DNA of 64,000 nucleotides from contig JBEIPA010000002.1 in the NCBI GenBank assembly GCA_040377305.1, forward strand, positions 96,001 through 160,000, given 5' to 3'. Shown piece after piece: positions 29,145-37,969 of this stretch. The notes below the pieces were generated by a model. The model had not been told where the DNA came from. It saw only the letters and a list, made by a program, of their open reading frames with translations, and ran no database searches. Made by a program: the position numbers and the translations under genes. How positions within the stretch are numbered: the first letter of the stretch is position 1; each line of letters opens with the position of its first letter. The stretch comes from Flavobacteriales bacterium (lineage in GTDB: Bacteria; Bacteroidota; Bacteroidia; Palsa-965).

Positions 29145-30011
29145 TTAGAAATGCCACACGTCGTGTTCGTAATTTGAAATGTCGCTTTTGATTCTGTCTG
29201 CCTCGAGAAGTGCATCAATACCGGTTGCGTAATTGTTGATGCTTCTGTCGTACACGTTCGATTCTTTGTGCTCAAAGCTTGCGAACATGCGCTTCATGAA
29301 AATGTCATCTGCAGAGCAACGTTGTGCATCATTCTTCGTGTTGAATACTTCACTGTTCGCGAAGATCTGACGGCACTCAGGGAAATACACCCAGAACAAA
29401 GCTTTGTATCCAACCACTACACCATTCACCGACTTCTCCTGCAATGGACACAATCCGATTATGCGCACATCCATCACAGAACGCTGTTTGTCAAAGAACC
29501 AATCTTCTTTCATCCAGTACTGTTTTACTTCACGCGATTCAAGATCAACTCTCACCCCAACTCGTTTATAGGTTCCGGGGAAATTCGGATCCTCTACATC
29601 CATTGAATCGATTTGTACAAACAATGAATCAATCGATCCTTTGCTCATCTTCACTTTAAACTCGTCGTCAAACACAGGATTATCGAAGGCGTGAATCGCA
29701 CCACTCATCAAACCGTTCTTGATAATATCGAACAAGCTTTTGCGGTCGTTGATCGGACTCTCCGGAAAGTAAAGCGGGTGATTAAATTTCTCGCGAAGAT
29801 CCAAAGTACGCCACACGCGCTTTGACCACATGATATCCGTTTCACGCTCGTGTACATAAGGTGTAGCGCGACGATTACGTGTATTCTCCTTCACGTACGG
29901 ATACTGCGCAACCTGTGCATTCAAACGTGCAGGCATGATTCCTTCGATGCAGAGCTGCACGAGCAGCACCAGGACGAAGTTTCTGAGGGTTTTGATGGCG
30001 TTGTGTGTCAT
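29145..30011 (-). CDS. gldN: Gliding motility GldN/PorN paralog 2
   Basis: [41 protein letters not shown]. Confidence 0.9.
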   Translation of the reverse strand: MTHNAIKTLRNFVLVLLVQLCIEGIMPARLNAQVAQYPYVKENTRNRRATPYVHERETDIMWSKRVWRTLDLREKFNHPLYFPESPINDRKSLFDIIKNGLMSGAIHAFDNPVFDDEFKVKMSKGSIDSLFVQIDSMDVEDPNFPGTYKRVGVRVDLESREVKQYWMKEDWFFDKQRSVMDVRIIGLCPLQEKSVNGVVVGYKALFWVYFPECRQIFANSEVFNTKNDAQRCSADDIFMKRMFASFEHKESNVYDRSINNYATGIDALLEADRIKSDISNYEHDVWHF

Positions 30012-30087
30012 AATTTATGCTCCTTTCTAATTGCTTGTTTGAAGGCATAAAACACGGGAAGAGGAAAAGTCACAAAGTTTTTTTGTA

Positions 30088-30250
30088 ATCCAGTAGGAGT
30101 TGAGCGCTGCCAGGGTTTTTCAGGATGCCTCGACCGACACCCTGCAGGAGTTAAACGCTTGCAGGGTTAGGAAGTGGATACCCTTCAAGGGCTTAACCCT
30201 TGAAGCCTTGAATCGTAGACACCCTGCAGGAGTTAAACGCTTGCAGGGTT
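30088..30250. repeat. Array of about four REP-like palindromes
   Basis: Exact 33-nt direct repeat GACACCCTGCAGGAGTTAAACGCTTGCAGGGTT at 30136 and 30218, plus variants near 30088 and 30180. Confidence 0.85.
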
Positions 30251-30256
30251 TATCTC

Positions 30257-30293
30257 AAAAAAAATCCCCCGGGTATTAGCCGAGGGATCTTTT
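30257..30293 (-). terminator. Rho-independent terminator after gldKLMN
   Basis: Minus-strand ATCCCTCGG-ctaatac-CCGGGGGAT followed by T8. Confidence 0.7.
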
Positions 30294-30308
30294 ATGCGTT
30301 AGCACCGT

Positions 30309-31169
30309 TTAAAAGTGCCACAAATCGTGTTCGTAAACGAAGATATCGCCTTTGATGCGTTCTGATTCCAGGAGCGCGTCCAGACCCGTGTAATACGACT
30401 GAATGTTACGGTCGTAAACGTTGGTTTCTTTGTGGACGTAGCTCTGGAACATACGCTTCCAGAAAATATCATCGATGGAGCGACGCTCAGCATCCGTTTT
30501 GAGGTTATACACCTCAGCCTGCGCAAACGTTTGTCTGCACTGCGGGAAATACACCCAGAACAGCGGCAGGTAACCAACAACCTCACCGGTCGACGGATCT
30601 TGCTTTTCTTTCATTGGGCAAAGTCCCAGGATACGAACGTCCATAACAGAACGTTGTTTGTCGAAGAACCAGTCTTCCTTCATCCAATACGCTTTCACGT
30701 TGTTTGTAAGAAGCTCGGTTTTGATCGGCGCGAGGATATACGTTCCAGGGTTATTCGGATCTTCTACCTGATTGGTAGAATCCCACTGTACGAAGAGGCC
30801 TTCAATTGCCGCCTTCGACATTTTAACCTTGAACTCGTCGTCCATTGCAGGATTATCGAAAGCAGTAATTGTTCCTGCCATCAATGCATCCTTCAATACG
30901 TCGAACAAGCTACGACGGTCTTGAATTCTTGATTCAGGATAGTACAACGGATGGTTGAACTTTTCCCTCATATCCAGCGTACGCCATACGCGCTTTGACC
31001 ACATAACGTCTGCTTCACGCAGGTACGTGTACGGAATCGGGCGACGTGTACGGGTGTTTTCCTTCAGGTAAATCTGATCAGGAAAATTCGGATCGAGAAT
31101 CTGCGCATCGGATGAACCGAACGACAGGATCACGACAACCGCTACCAGTAAGAATCTGAACCTTTTCAT
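30309..31169 (-). CDS. gldN: Gliding motility protein GldN (operonic copy)
   Basis: Follows gldM; signal peptide; [21 protein letters not shown]. Confidence 0.93.
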   Translation of the reverse strand: MKRFRFLLVAVVVILSFGSSDAQILDPNFPDQIYLKENTRTRRPIPYTYLREADVMWSKRVWRTLDMREKFNHPLYYPESRIQDRRSLFDVLKDALMAGTITAFDNPAMDDEFKVKMSKAAIEGLFVQWDSTNQVEDPNNPGTYILAPIKTELLTNNVKAYWMKEDWFFDKQRSVMDVRILGLCPMKEKQDPSTGEVVGYLPLFWVYFPQCRQTFAQAEVYNLKTDAERRSIDDIFWKRMFQSYVHKETNVYDRNIQSYYTGLDALLESERIKGDIFVYEHDLWHF

Positions 31170-31201
31170 GTTTTGTTACCTCCCTTAGAGTTTGTTGGTG
31201 T

Positions 31202-32836
31202 TTATTTCACCTTAATGTTTACGCCAGGAATTTTACGTAAAGTTCCGTCAGGACCTTTTACCGTTACTTGCTCGAAGAAGACTTTGTTTCCAGGCTTAGC
31301 TCCTCCAAGTAGTGTTTTCATTTCCGCCGTAATAGCAGGACCATTCGCTTTTTTCTCAACGAATACCCCGTTCACGTTCATAGACATCACAAATGATACC
31401 ACAGAGAACGATAAGTCAAAGTCGAAGTTTTCCATACGTGCGAAAACACCACTTGCACTCGTCAGTTCACCCTTAGTCATCTGTCCGTCACCTTTGATAG
31501 ATCCTACATAAGCAACCGGATCCGGTACACGCTTGATACGGAATTCAAAAGTCCCCATGGATTTCTGAACGCCATTCAATTTTGCACCAACGTTGATCGT
31601 TGCTTTAGTTCCGCTAGACACCGATACAATGTACGAGCCTGGTTTTCCACCCGGACGCATCGTTCCACCTGTAAGAGATGGTTGAAGATCGCCAGGAGCA
31701 ACACCTGCTGCAGAAATTGTAATAGGATTGTCGACACCGATGTAGAACACGTTCATCTTCTCGAGGAATACCGCTGCAGACGGTGCTGCTACGATGTACT
31801 CCGATTTGAACGGATAGCTCTCGTACGAGTTGTCAGGCTTCTTCACGCGGATCAATCCAGACCATGTCTGAAGACCAACAGAACCAGCTGCAACTTCATA
31901 GGTACCAATCCCGCGGCTAACTTTCACCGTTGTAGAATCGATATTGCCTTTAGGCTGCTTGGTAACTGAATCATAGTCGCACAGCCAGATCTCAGGATCT
32001 TGTGTTGTAGAGAATGCAGCTACGAACAAGTTCGCAACGTACTTATCTCCTGAAAGAACGTAAGATGTTGGAGCTACTACTTTCGCAGCGAGTGTATCGA
32101 ACTTAAAGTCGTTCTTAGATACAGAGCTCAAAAGTTCGTTTACTACTTCACCTTCTGCGTTCTTGATATCAACCTGCATACGCGTGAGGTTAGCCAACAT
32201 TGCAACGATCGGCATGTGATAGAAGTTATACCACTCCCAACTCACATACTTTTCTTCGCTCTGGTGATACTGATCACCACAAGAAAATGCTTCAAGCTGA
32301 TTCTTCAATTCCGACTGTTGCTCAGGGCTCATCTGTGCATTGAGGAACTTCTTGTAATCAAGAAGTTTCGTTTTCAATTCAGCGGCTTTCCCTGTAACGT
32401 TTGACGGATCTGATCCGATCATGTAGTTCGTTGGAACATCATAATCATCCGGTTTAGAAATGAGGACAGAACGAAGCGTGTCGCCTACTTTCTTCTCTGC
32501 TTCACCCGCGCCAACGCCAAATTCAACCTGAGTTTTCAGTTCGCCTTTGAGAGTCTGGATGTAATCAGAGAGTTTCTTAGACTCTGCTTTCACTAACTGA
32601 GCCTTGTCAAATAAAGGCTTAGTCTTCTTTTCATCATTCAACATTGCAAGGTCGAACTGTGTATAAAGAATACCGTTCTTGTTGTCAATGCCCTTGGTAG
32701 TCTCAATCAAGCCCGTTTCGATTACGACGAAGGACAAGATGATCTCCTTAGATATGTTCAGGGCCAGAAGTGCGGTGAGTACGAGGTACATCATACCGAT
32801 CATCTTCTGCCTTGGTGACTGTTTTCCACCTGCCAT
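31202..32836 (-). CDS. gldM: Gliding motility / T9SS motor protein GldM/PorM
   Basis: MAGGKQSPRQKMIGMMYLVLTALLALN, KMNVFYIGVDNPI, FRIKRVPDP. Confidence 0.96.
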   Translation of the reverse strand: MAGGKQSPRQKMIGMMYLVLTALLALNISKEIILSFVVIETGLIETTKGIDNKNGILYTQFDLAMLNDEKKTKPLFDKAQLVKAESKKLSDYIQTLKGELKTQVEFGVGAGEAEKKVGDTLRSVLISKPDDYDVPTNYMIGSDPSNVTGKAAELKTKLLDYKKFLNAQMSPEQQSELKNQLEAFSCGDQYHQSEEKYVSWEWYNFYHMPIVAMLANLTRMQVDIKNAEGEVVNELLSSVSKNDFKFDTLAAKVVAPTSYVLSGDKYVANLFVAAFSTTQDPEIWLCDYDSVTKQPKGNIDSTTVKVSRGIGTYEVAAGSVGLQTWSGLIRVKKPDNSYESYPFKSEYIVAAPSAAVFLEKMNVFYIGVDNPITISAAGVAPGDLQPSLTGGTMRPGGKPGSYIVSVSSGTKATINVGAKLNGVQKSMGTFEFRIKRVPDPVAYVGSIKGDGQMTKGELTSASGVFARMENFDFDLSFSVVSFVMSMNVNGVFVEKKANGPAITAEMKTLLGGAKPGNKVFFEQVTVKGPDGTLRKIPGVNIKVK

Positions 32837-32878
32837 TTAGAGTATCCTCCTTATGTTATTGTTAGGCAATACTGTTAA

Positions 32879-33742
32879 TTAACGGCGAACGTTCATCGCA
32901 GTGAGCATGTTGCCATACACTGTGTTGAGTTGTTCGAGGTTAGAAGCGAGGTTGTTGATCTCACTGCGGTAGCGACGAGTATCATCCATAGATTCATTGA
33001 GGTTACCAAGAATGCTCTGGATTCCTTCGTACAACGTGTTCGTAGCTTTGAGGTGTTCGTTAGACCCCTGCAATTGCAACTCGTAAGCTGCGTTAAGTGC
33101 AGAAAGGTTTTTCGAAACTTTTCCAAGCTGTTCACTGTAGTTAGAAGCTTCATCGTTTGCAACTGAGAAAGACTCGAGCGTTTTCGAAGCGCGCGTGTAT
33201 GCAGTAGCCAACTGGTCAACGGAAGAACTAACGCTTTCGTTCGCACGATCGTAAGCCTGCGCAAGACGATCAACAGTTCCTGATGCTTTGTTCATGTTTG
33301 CAGAAAACTCCTGCGACGCAACACTAGCATCAGTAAGCTCACCGATCTTGGTTACGCTGTCGCTGAGGTTACGCATTCCCTGACCAAGACTTTCCAGAAG
33401 ATCCGGACCAATCTTAGCCTCTTCAAGCATCTTGTCGAGCTGGTTTGTCAACGGATCTCCGCTAACTCCACCTACAAGCTCCTTCGCTTTGTTCTCGTCA
33501 TTCATTCCCGCAAGTTCCGGGTACACCAAAGTCCAGTCGTACTCTTCATGAATCGGTTCGAAGGCCGAGAAAATAAAGATAACCGCCTCTGTTCCGAGAC
33601 CTACAATCAACATAAGACCTGCTCCAGGCCAGTGTTGAATTTTAAAGAGTGCGCCGACGATTACGACTGCTGCACCGAAGCCATATAGCTTCGCCATGAA
33701 GCCCTTCCACTTCTTACTTGCAAAAAAACTGTTACCGCTCAT
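32879..33742 (-). CDS. gldL: Gliding motility / T9SS motor protein GldL/PorL
   Basis: YGFGAAVVIVGALFKIQHWPG, GLGTEAVIF, DWTLVYPEL, LNTVYGNMLTAM. Confidence 0.96.
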   Translation of the reverse strand: MSGNSFFASKKWKGFMAKLYGFGAAVVIVGALFKIQHWPGAGLMLIVGLGTEAVIFIFSAFEPIHEEYDWTLVYPELAGMNDENKAKELVGGVSGDPLTNQLDKMLEEAKIGPDLLESLGQGMRNLSDSVTKIGELTDASVASQEFSANMNKASGTVDRLAQAYDRANESVSSSVDQLATAYTRASKTLESFSVANDEASNYSEQLGKVSKNLSALNAAYELQLQGSNEHLKATNTLYEGIQSILGNLNESMDDTRRYRSEINNLASNLEQLNTVYGNMLTAMNVRR

Positions 33743-33808
33743 TGTTTGTGCTTGTTTGGTTGGTTAAGGAAACAGAAAAAAAATTATTGTGATTCTGGGA
33801 TTACGGTT

Positions 33809-35245
33809 CTATAGGTCATCATCCTTCGAACGACCTAAGAAGGTCATTACACAGCGGAATCCAACGTAACACTTAGCAGTATCCTGGTACTCGTAAGTAC
33901 GTGATGAATTCTGAAGATAGAATCCAACGTCTTTCCAAGAACCACCACGGATAACCTTACGGCAAAGCACAGGGATTTGCTCGTCGGCTACAGTAGTTTC
34001 ATACTGATAGTCAGGGTTGAGGTCATGCATGAAATCGTATGCAGACTCATCGAACGCGTTGTTTGTCCACTCAGCTGCGTTACCAGCCATACAGTAGAAG
34101 CCCCAGTCGTTCGGGTTGTAAGAGAAAATCTTTACCGTGTGGAATCCACCGTCATCGATGTACGAACCGCGCATTGGTTTGAAGTTTCCTAAGAAACAAC
34201 CACGTGCGTTACGGATGTATGGACCGCCCCAAGGGAATGGGTTCAGTTGCAGACCACCGCGAGCAGCATATTCCCACTCAGATTCAGTTGGAAGACGGAA
34301 ATCCTGAACCGTTACTTCATCGTTAGAACGAAGGAAGTTATTCAGAAGAAGCGTTCTCCAGATTGTGAATGCACGAGCCTGTTTCCATGTTACACCTACC
34401 ACCGGATAGTCATCGTATGCCGGGTGCCAGAAGTACATGTTTGTCATTGGCTCGTTGAATGAATACGTAAAATCATGGATCCACGCGAGCGTATCCGGAT
34501 AAACGTTGATGACATCTTTGATGATAAACACAGAACGGTTAACGCCATTAACCTGTCTGTTACGTTTAGTAACATCATAAGATCCTTGCTCACGGGTTGG
34601 GAATACACGTCCGTCAGCGTCTGGTTTTTCAGTCTTCGGCTTGTAACGGTTCGACTTGGAAGCAGCGAGCTTCATATCGATGCGGTAGTACTCATAAATG
34701 AGCTTACGTGCATCTACATCCTTACGGCTGTAGAAACGTTCTTCGATAGGAATGTACAGGTCGTTCAGAGCAGCCTTGTAGTCAGGATCTGTTTCATCCC
34801 AACGAATCTTTTCCAGCCAGTTGAGTGGACGGTACGGATCCTGAGGATAATCCTCGTCGATGTACAAAGGACCATTGTCCTCGTAGCCGATCCAGTCCTC
34901 TTCAGCAATTAGGTACTCTTCTTCAAACTCACTTGACAGCAAACGGCGAGCGATCGAATCGCGCACATAATACACGAACTGACGATACTCGTTGTTCGAG
35001 ATCTCCGTCTGGTCCATGTAGAATGCCTGTACCGATACAGTCTTTGATTTGGTTGTGTGGGCATACGGAATATCCTCGTCTGACGGTCCCATATTGTAGC
35101 TGCCCATAGGACAGTACAGCATTCCGAACGGATCAAACGGATACCATGCCGGGCGGTTCTGCACACCAATCAACTGTCCATTCTCCGTAGAACACGAAGT
35201 GAACAATACCATGGCGAGAACGCCTGCGAACAACAGTCTTTTCAT
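33809..35245 (-). CDS. gldK: Gliding motility lipoprotein GldK/PorK
   Basis: Lipobox FTSC and FGE-sulfatase-like motifs YPDTLAW, HPAYDDYPVVGV, RLPTESEWEYAARGG, GFRCV. Confidence 0.95.
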   Translation of the reverse strand: MKRLLFAGVLAMVLFTSCSTENGQLIGVQNRPAWYPFDPFGMLYCPMGSYNMGPSDEDIPYAHTTKSKTVSVQAFYMDQTEISNNEYRQFVYYVRDSIARRLLSSEFEEEYLIAEEDWIGYEDNGPLYIDEDYPQDPYRPLNWLEKIRWDETDPDYKAALNDLYIPIEERFYSRKDVDARKLIYEYYRIDMKLAASKSNRYKPKTEKPDADGRVFPTREQGSYDVTKRNRQVNGVNRSVFIIKDVINVYPDTLAWIHDFTYSFNEPMTNMYFWHPAYDDYPVVGVTWKQARAFTIWRTLLLNNFLRSNDEVTVQDFRLPTESEWEYAARGGLQLNPFPWGGPYIRNARGCFLGNFKPMRGSYIDDGGFHTVKIFSYNPNDWGFYCMAGNAAEWTNNAFDESAYDFMHDLNPDYQYETTVADEQIPVLCRKVIRGGSWKDVGFYLQNSSRTYEYQDTAKCYVGFRCVMTFLGRSKDDDL

Positions 35246-35348
35246 TTTTGCCTCCTTTGGTTTCCCTTAGTAGTTGTATTAGTTGTTTTCCTTGCCAGGT
35301 AGACTAATAACGGAACAATCTTTCCCGAAATTGTTCCTTGTCGAATAA

Positions 35349-35374
35349 AATCACTGCAATTTCCGGCAGTGATT
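35349..35374 (-). terminator. Hairpin / possible terminator between porP and gldK
   Basis: Minus-strand AATCACTGC-cggaaatt-GCAGTGATT followed by TTATT. Confidence 0.5.
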
Positions 35375-35440
35375 CAAACAACAATGTTTTTAGCGTTAAC
35401 TGGGCTTTTCCTTAGTTGTTAAGCGTAATGATTATCTGGT

Positions 35441-36421
35441 CTAGTCAAAAATTCGTACGTCACCGTGACGCTCTGTCTTCGTCGGAAACTTGATCGGATG
35501 ACAGTAGTTGAGGAACAACTCGAATGATCCATTGTTGTAATCACCGAGGTTAGATGTAGTGTAGTCGTAAGCGAATCCAACTTTCAGACCGCCGTTTTCA
35601 CCAATGATATCATCAGGCATCTGGAAACCTACCATCGGGCAGATCGCATCCTGGAAACGGTAAGAAGCACCGAACCAGAACTGTTGGTTAAACATTGCAA
35701 TAACGTTCACGTCAAATGATGTAACTGTTGCATCAGACTTCACGAGGAATGATGGGCGAATTTCCCAGGTATTTCCTTGCATAAGTGTAACTCCACCAGT
35801 GATCCAGTAGTGACGTGCCATTTGATAAATCAAGGTGTGGTTCACTGGTCCTACAGGTGTAGTGCCATCATCAACAGTTGAAGCACTTAAGTGCGTTGAT
35901 GAAATTCCGAACCACATGTTCTGACGCTGATACCAAAGGCCGAAACCTACGTCGAATACAGTTTTCTTAAGCTGTGGTGGAACTGAAGGATCGTTCTGCC
36001 AGTTGGTAGTAGCTACCCAAGACTGTGTTCCTGTTGGTCCAAGTGTCTTAGAAGATGCACCAAGCTCAACACCGATTCCCAGTGTTCCGCCGCCAATATT
36101 ATTCAGGTGGAACGAGTATGCAAGGCGGTAAGCCATTGTTTGCTCGAATCCGAGTTTATCATACATAATGTTAAGACCAACACCACCACGAAGCTGCGGC
36201 GTGAAAGCATCGACTGAAAGAACACCACTCTGAGGTGAGCCATCGAAACCAGACCACTGCTGGCGCGCAATTAGAGTTCCGCACAATGCCTGACGCATGC
36301 CTGCGTATGCAGGGTTCATGAACATTTTGTTGTGCATGTACTGCGAAAACTGCGGATCCTGCTGAGCAAAAGCTGCGGATGTCCCCAGTGCAAATGCAAT
36401 AATCGTAAGGGTTCTTTTCAT
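35441..36421 (-). CDS. T9SS membrane protein PorP/SprF family
   Basis: QQDPQFSQYM..NPAYAG, RQQWSG, GFAYDYT.S.L, GSFEL; immediately upstream of gldK. Confidence 0.92.
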   Translation of the reverse strand: MKRTLTIIAFALGTSAAFAQQDPQFSQYMHNKMFMNPAYAGMRQALCGTLIARQQWSGFDGSPQSGVLSVDAFTPQLRGGVGLNIMYDKLGFEQTMAYRLAYSFHLNNIGGGTLGIGVELGASSKTLGPTGTQSWVATTNWQNDPSVPPQLKKTVFDVGFGLWYQRQNMWFGISSTHLSASTVDDGTTPVGPVNHTLIYQMARHYWITGGVTLMQGNTWEIRPSFLVKSDATVTSFDVNVIAMFNQQFWFGASYRFQDAICPMVGFQMPDDIIGENGGLKVGFAYDYTTSNLGDYNNGSFELFLNYCHPIKFPTKTERHGDVRIFD

Positions 36422-36743
36422 AGTTATATAGCTATTAACCCAATCGTCTTCCTCAAAACGGTCGGTTCACTAGGTCGCTAAGATATGTAAACATTTTCTA
36501 TCCACAAATCTTTTTTAACCCCATCCTGTTCACAACCTCGCACCTGGCATCGGCGAAATTGGTTCAGAATGGGGTTTTTGAACTGTTTCCTAGGTATATA
36601 ACCATGAACCGGACAAAAGATACCTCGCACAATGCACGAAAGTCAAATTGTTGATTTTCAGCCGATTAATCTGACGAAATAAATGAGGTTTTCGTCGTAA
36701 AATCTGCGAAATCTGAGTTTAAACCGTGGTGTCAGGAACCCTA

Positions 36744-37787
36744 TTATTCAAAAAGCCGAACGTCTCCTCCTCCACCAATCGGTTTCGACCAGGGAATGCA
36801 ATAATTCACGAAGAGTTCGAACGTGCCGTTGTTGTATGCATTGAGATTAGAAATCGTGTAATCGTATGCGAAGCCTACGCGTAGCATTTGAGTTTTAATT
36901 CGTCCGCCACCTGCACCTAAGCGTCCATCGTAAGAGTCCTTACCGTTAGCGCCGCTGGTATTTTTTTCACTGATCCAATTGAAACCAATCATCGGACAGA
37001 TTGCATCTTCGTGACGATACGATGCACCGAACCAGATTTTATCATTGTAAAGCGCAGTGAAATTTAAATCAAATGACGTTACTGTTGCATCGGATTTCAC
37101 AAGGAAAGATGGTTGCAACTTCCAGTTTCGCATTGGGTGATTGTATCCGCCGGTGATGAAGTAATGATGTGCAGCCTGGTACAACATTGGGTGCGGCGTG
37201 TTATTCACAAATGCAATTCCTCCGTTGAATTGCTGTGCAGATAAATGCGTCGAAGAAATTCCGAACCACATATTTTCGCGCTCATACCACAGGCCAGCAC
37301 CAAAATCTATTTTACTTGCTTTTAGTTGCGGTGGAACTGATGGATCAGTTGTCCAGTTGGTAGTGGATACCCACGATTGCGATCCTGTTGGTCCGATCGT
37401 TTTCGTCATACCTCCGCCTTCAATACCGATTCCGAGTGTTCCACCGAGAACATCTTCGATGTGAAAAGAATAGTTGATGCGGTATGCAAGATTCTTTTCA
37501 AAGCCAAGCTGATCGTAAAGGAAATTGACACCTACACCGCCGCGCAAACTTTCTGCATACCAATCGCCGGAGAAAACTCCCGAGCGTGGTGAACCATCGA
37601 AGCCTGCCCATTGCTGACGCATGATACCGGTGAAGCAGATTGCATGTTTCATTCCGGCATAACCGGGATTCATAAAAAGCTTGTTGTACATGTACTGCGA
37701 GAAATGCGGATCCTGTTGTGCGTTCAATCCAACAGTTGCAGTTCCGAAAAGGCATAGGAATGCCAGGTGAGTGAAAATGTGTTTCAT
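36744..37787 (-). CDS. T9SS membrane protein PorP/SprF family (tandem paralog)
   Basis: QQDPHFSQYM..NPGYAG; shares GPTG.QSWV.TTNW..DPSVPPQLK and PSFLVKSDATVTSFD with the adjacent copy. Confidence 0.92.
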   Translation of the reverse strand: MKHIFTHLAFLCLFGTATVGLNAQQDPHFSQYMYNKLFMNPGYAGMKHAICFTGIMRQQWAGFDGSPRSGVFSGDWYAESLRGGVGVNFLYDQLGFEKNLAYRINYSFHIEDVLGGTLGIGIEGGGMTKTIGPTGSQSWVSTTNWTTDPSVPPQLKASKIDFGAGLWYERENMWFGISSTHLSAQQFNGGIAFVNNTPHPMLYQAAHHYFITGGYNHPMRNWKLQPSFLVKSDATVTSFDLNFTALYNDKIWFGASYRHEDAICPMIGFNWISEKNTSGANGKDSYDGRLGAGGGRIKTQMLRVGFAYDYTISNLNAYNNGTFELFVNYCIPWSKPIGGGGDVRLFE

Positions 37788-37969
37788 CGCGAAGTGAGTT
37801 TAGTATGTAACCGATATTGCCTGACCGGTTTTGCATTTATAACACATGTCGCGCAAAAAGATACACGAGAACAATTCCGAAATTTCGTATTCCGAAATTC
37901 TGGTGTTGTTAGTCAGAATGTTGTTGCAAAGATTAGTAATCGCGGAATTCGAAATCCGGAATCACGGAA

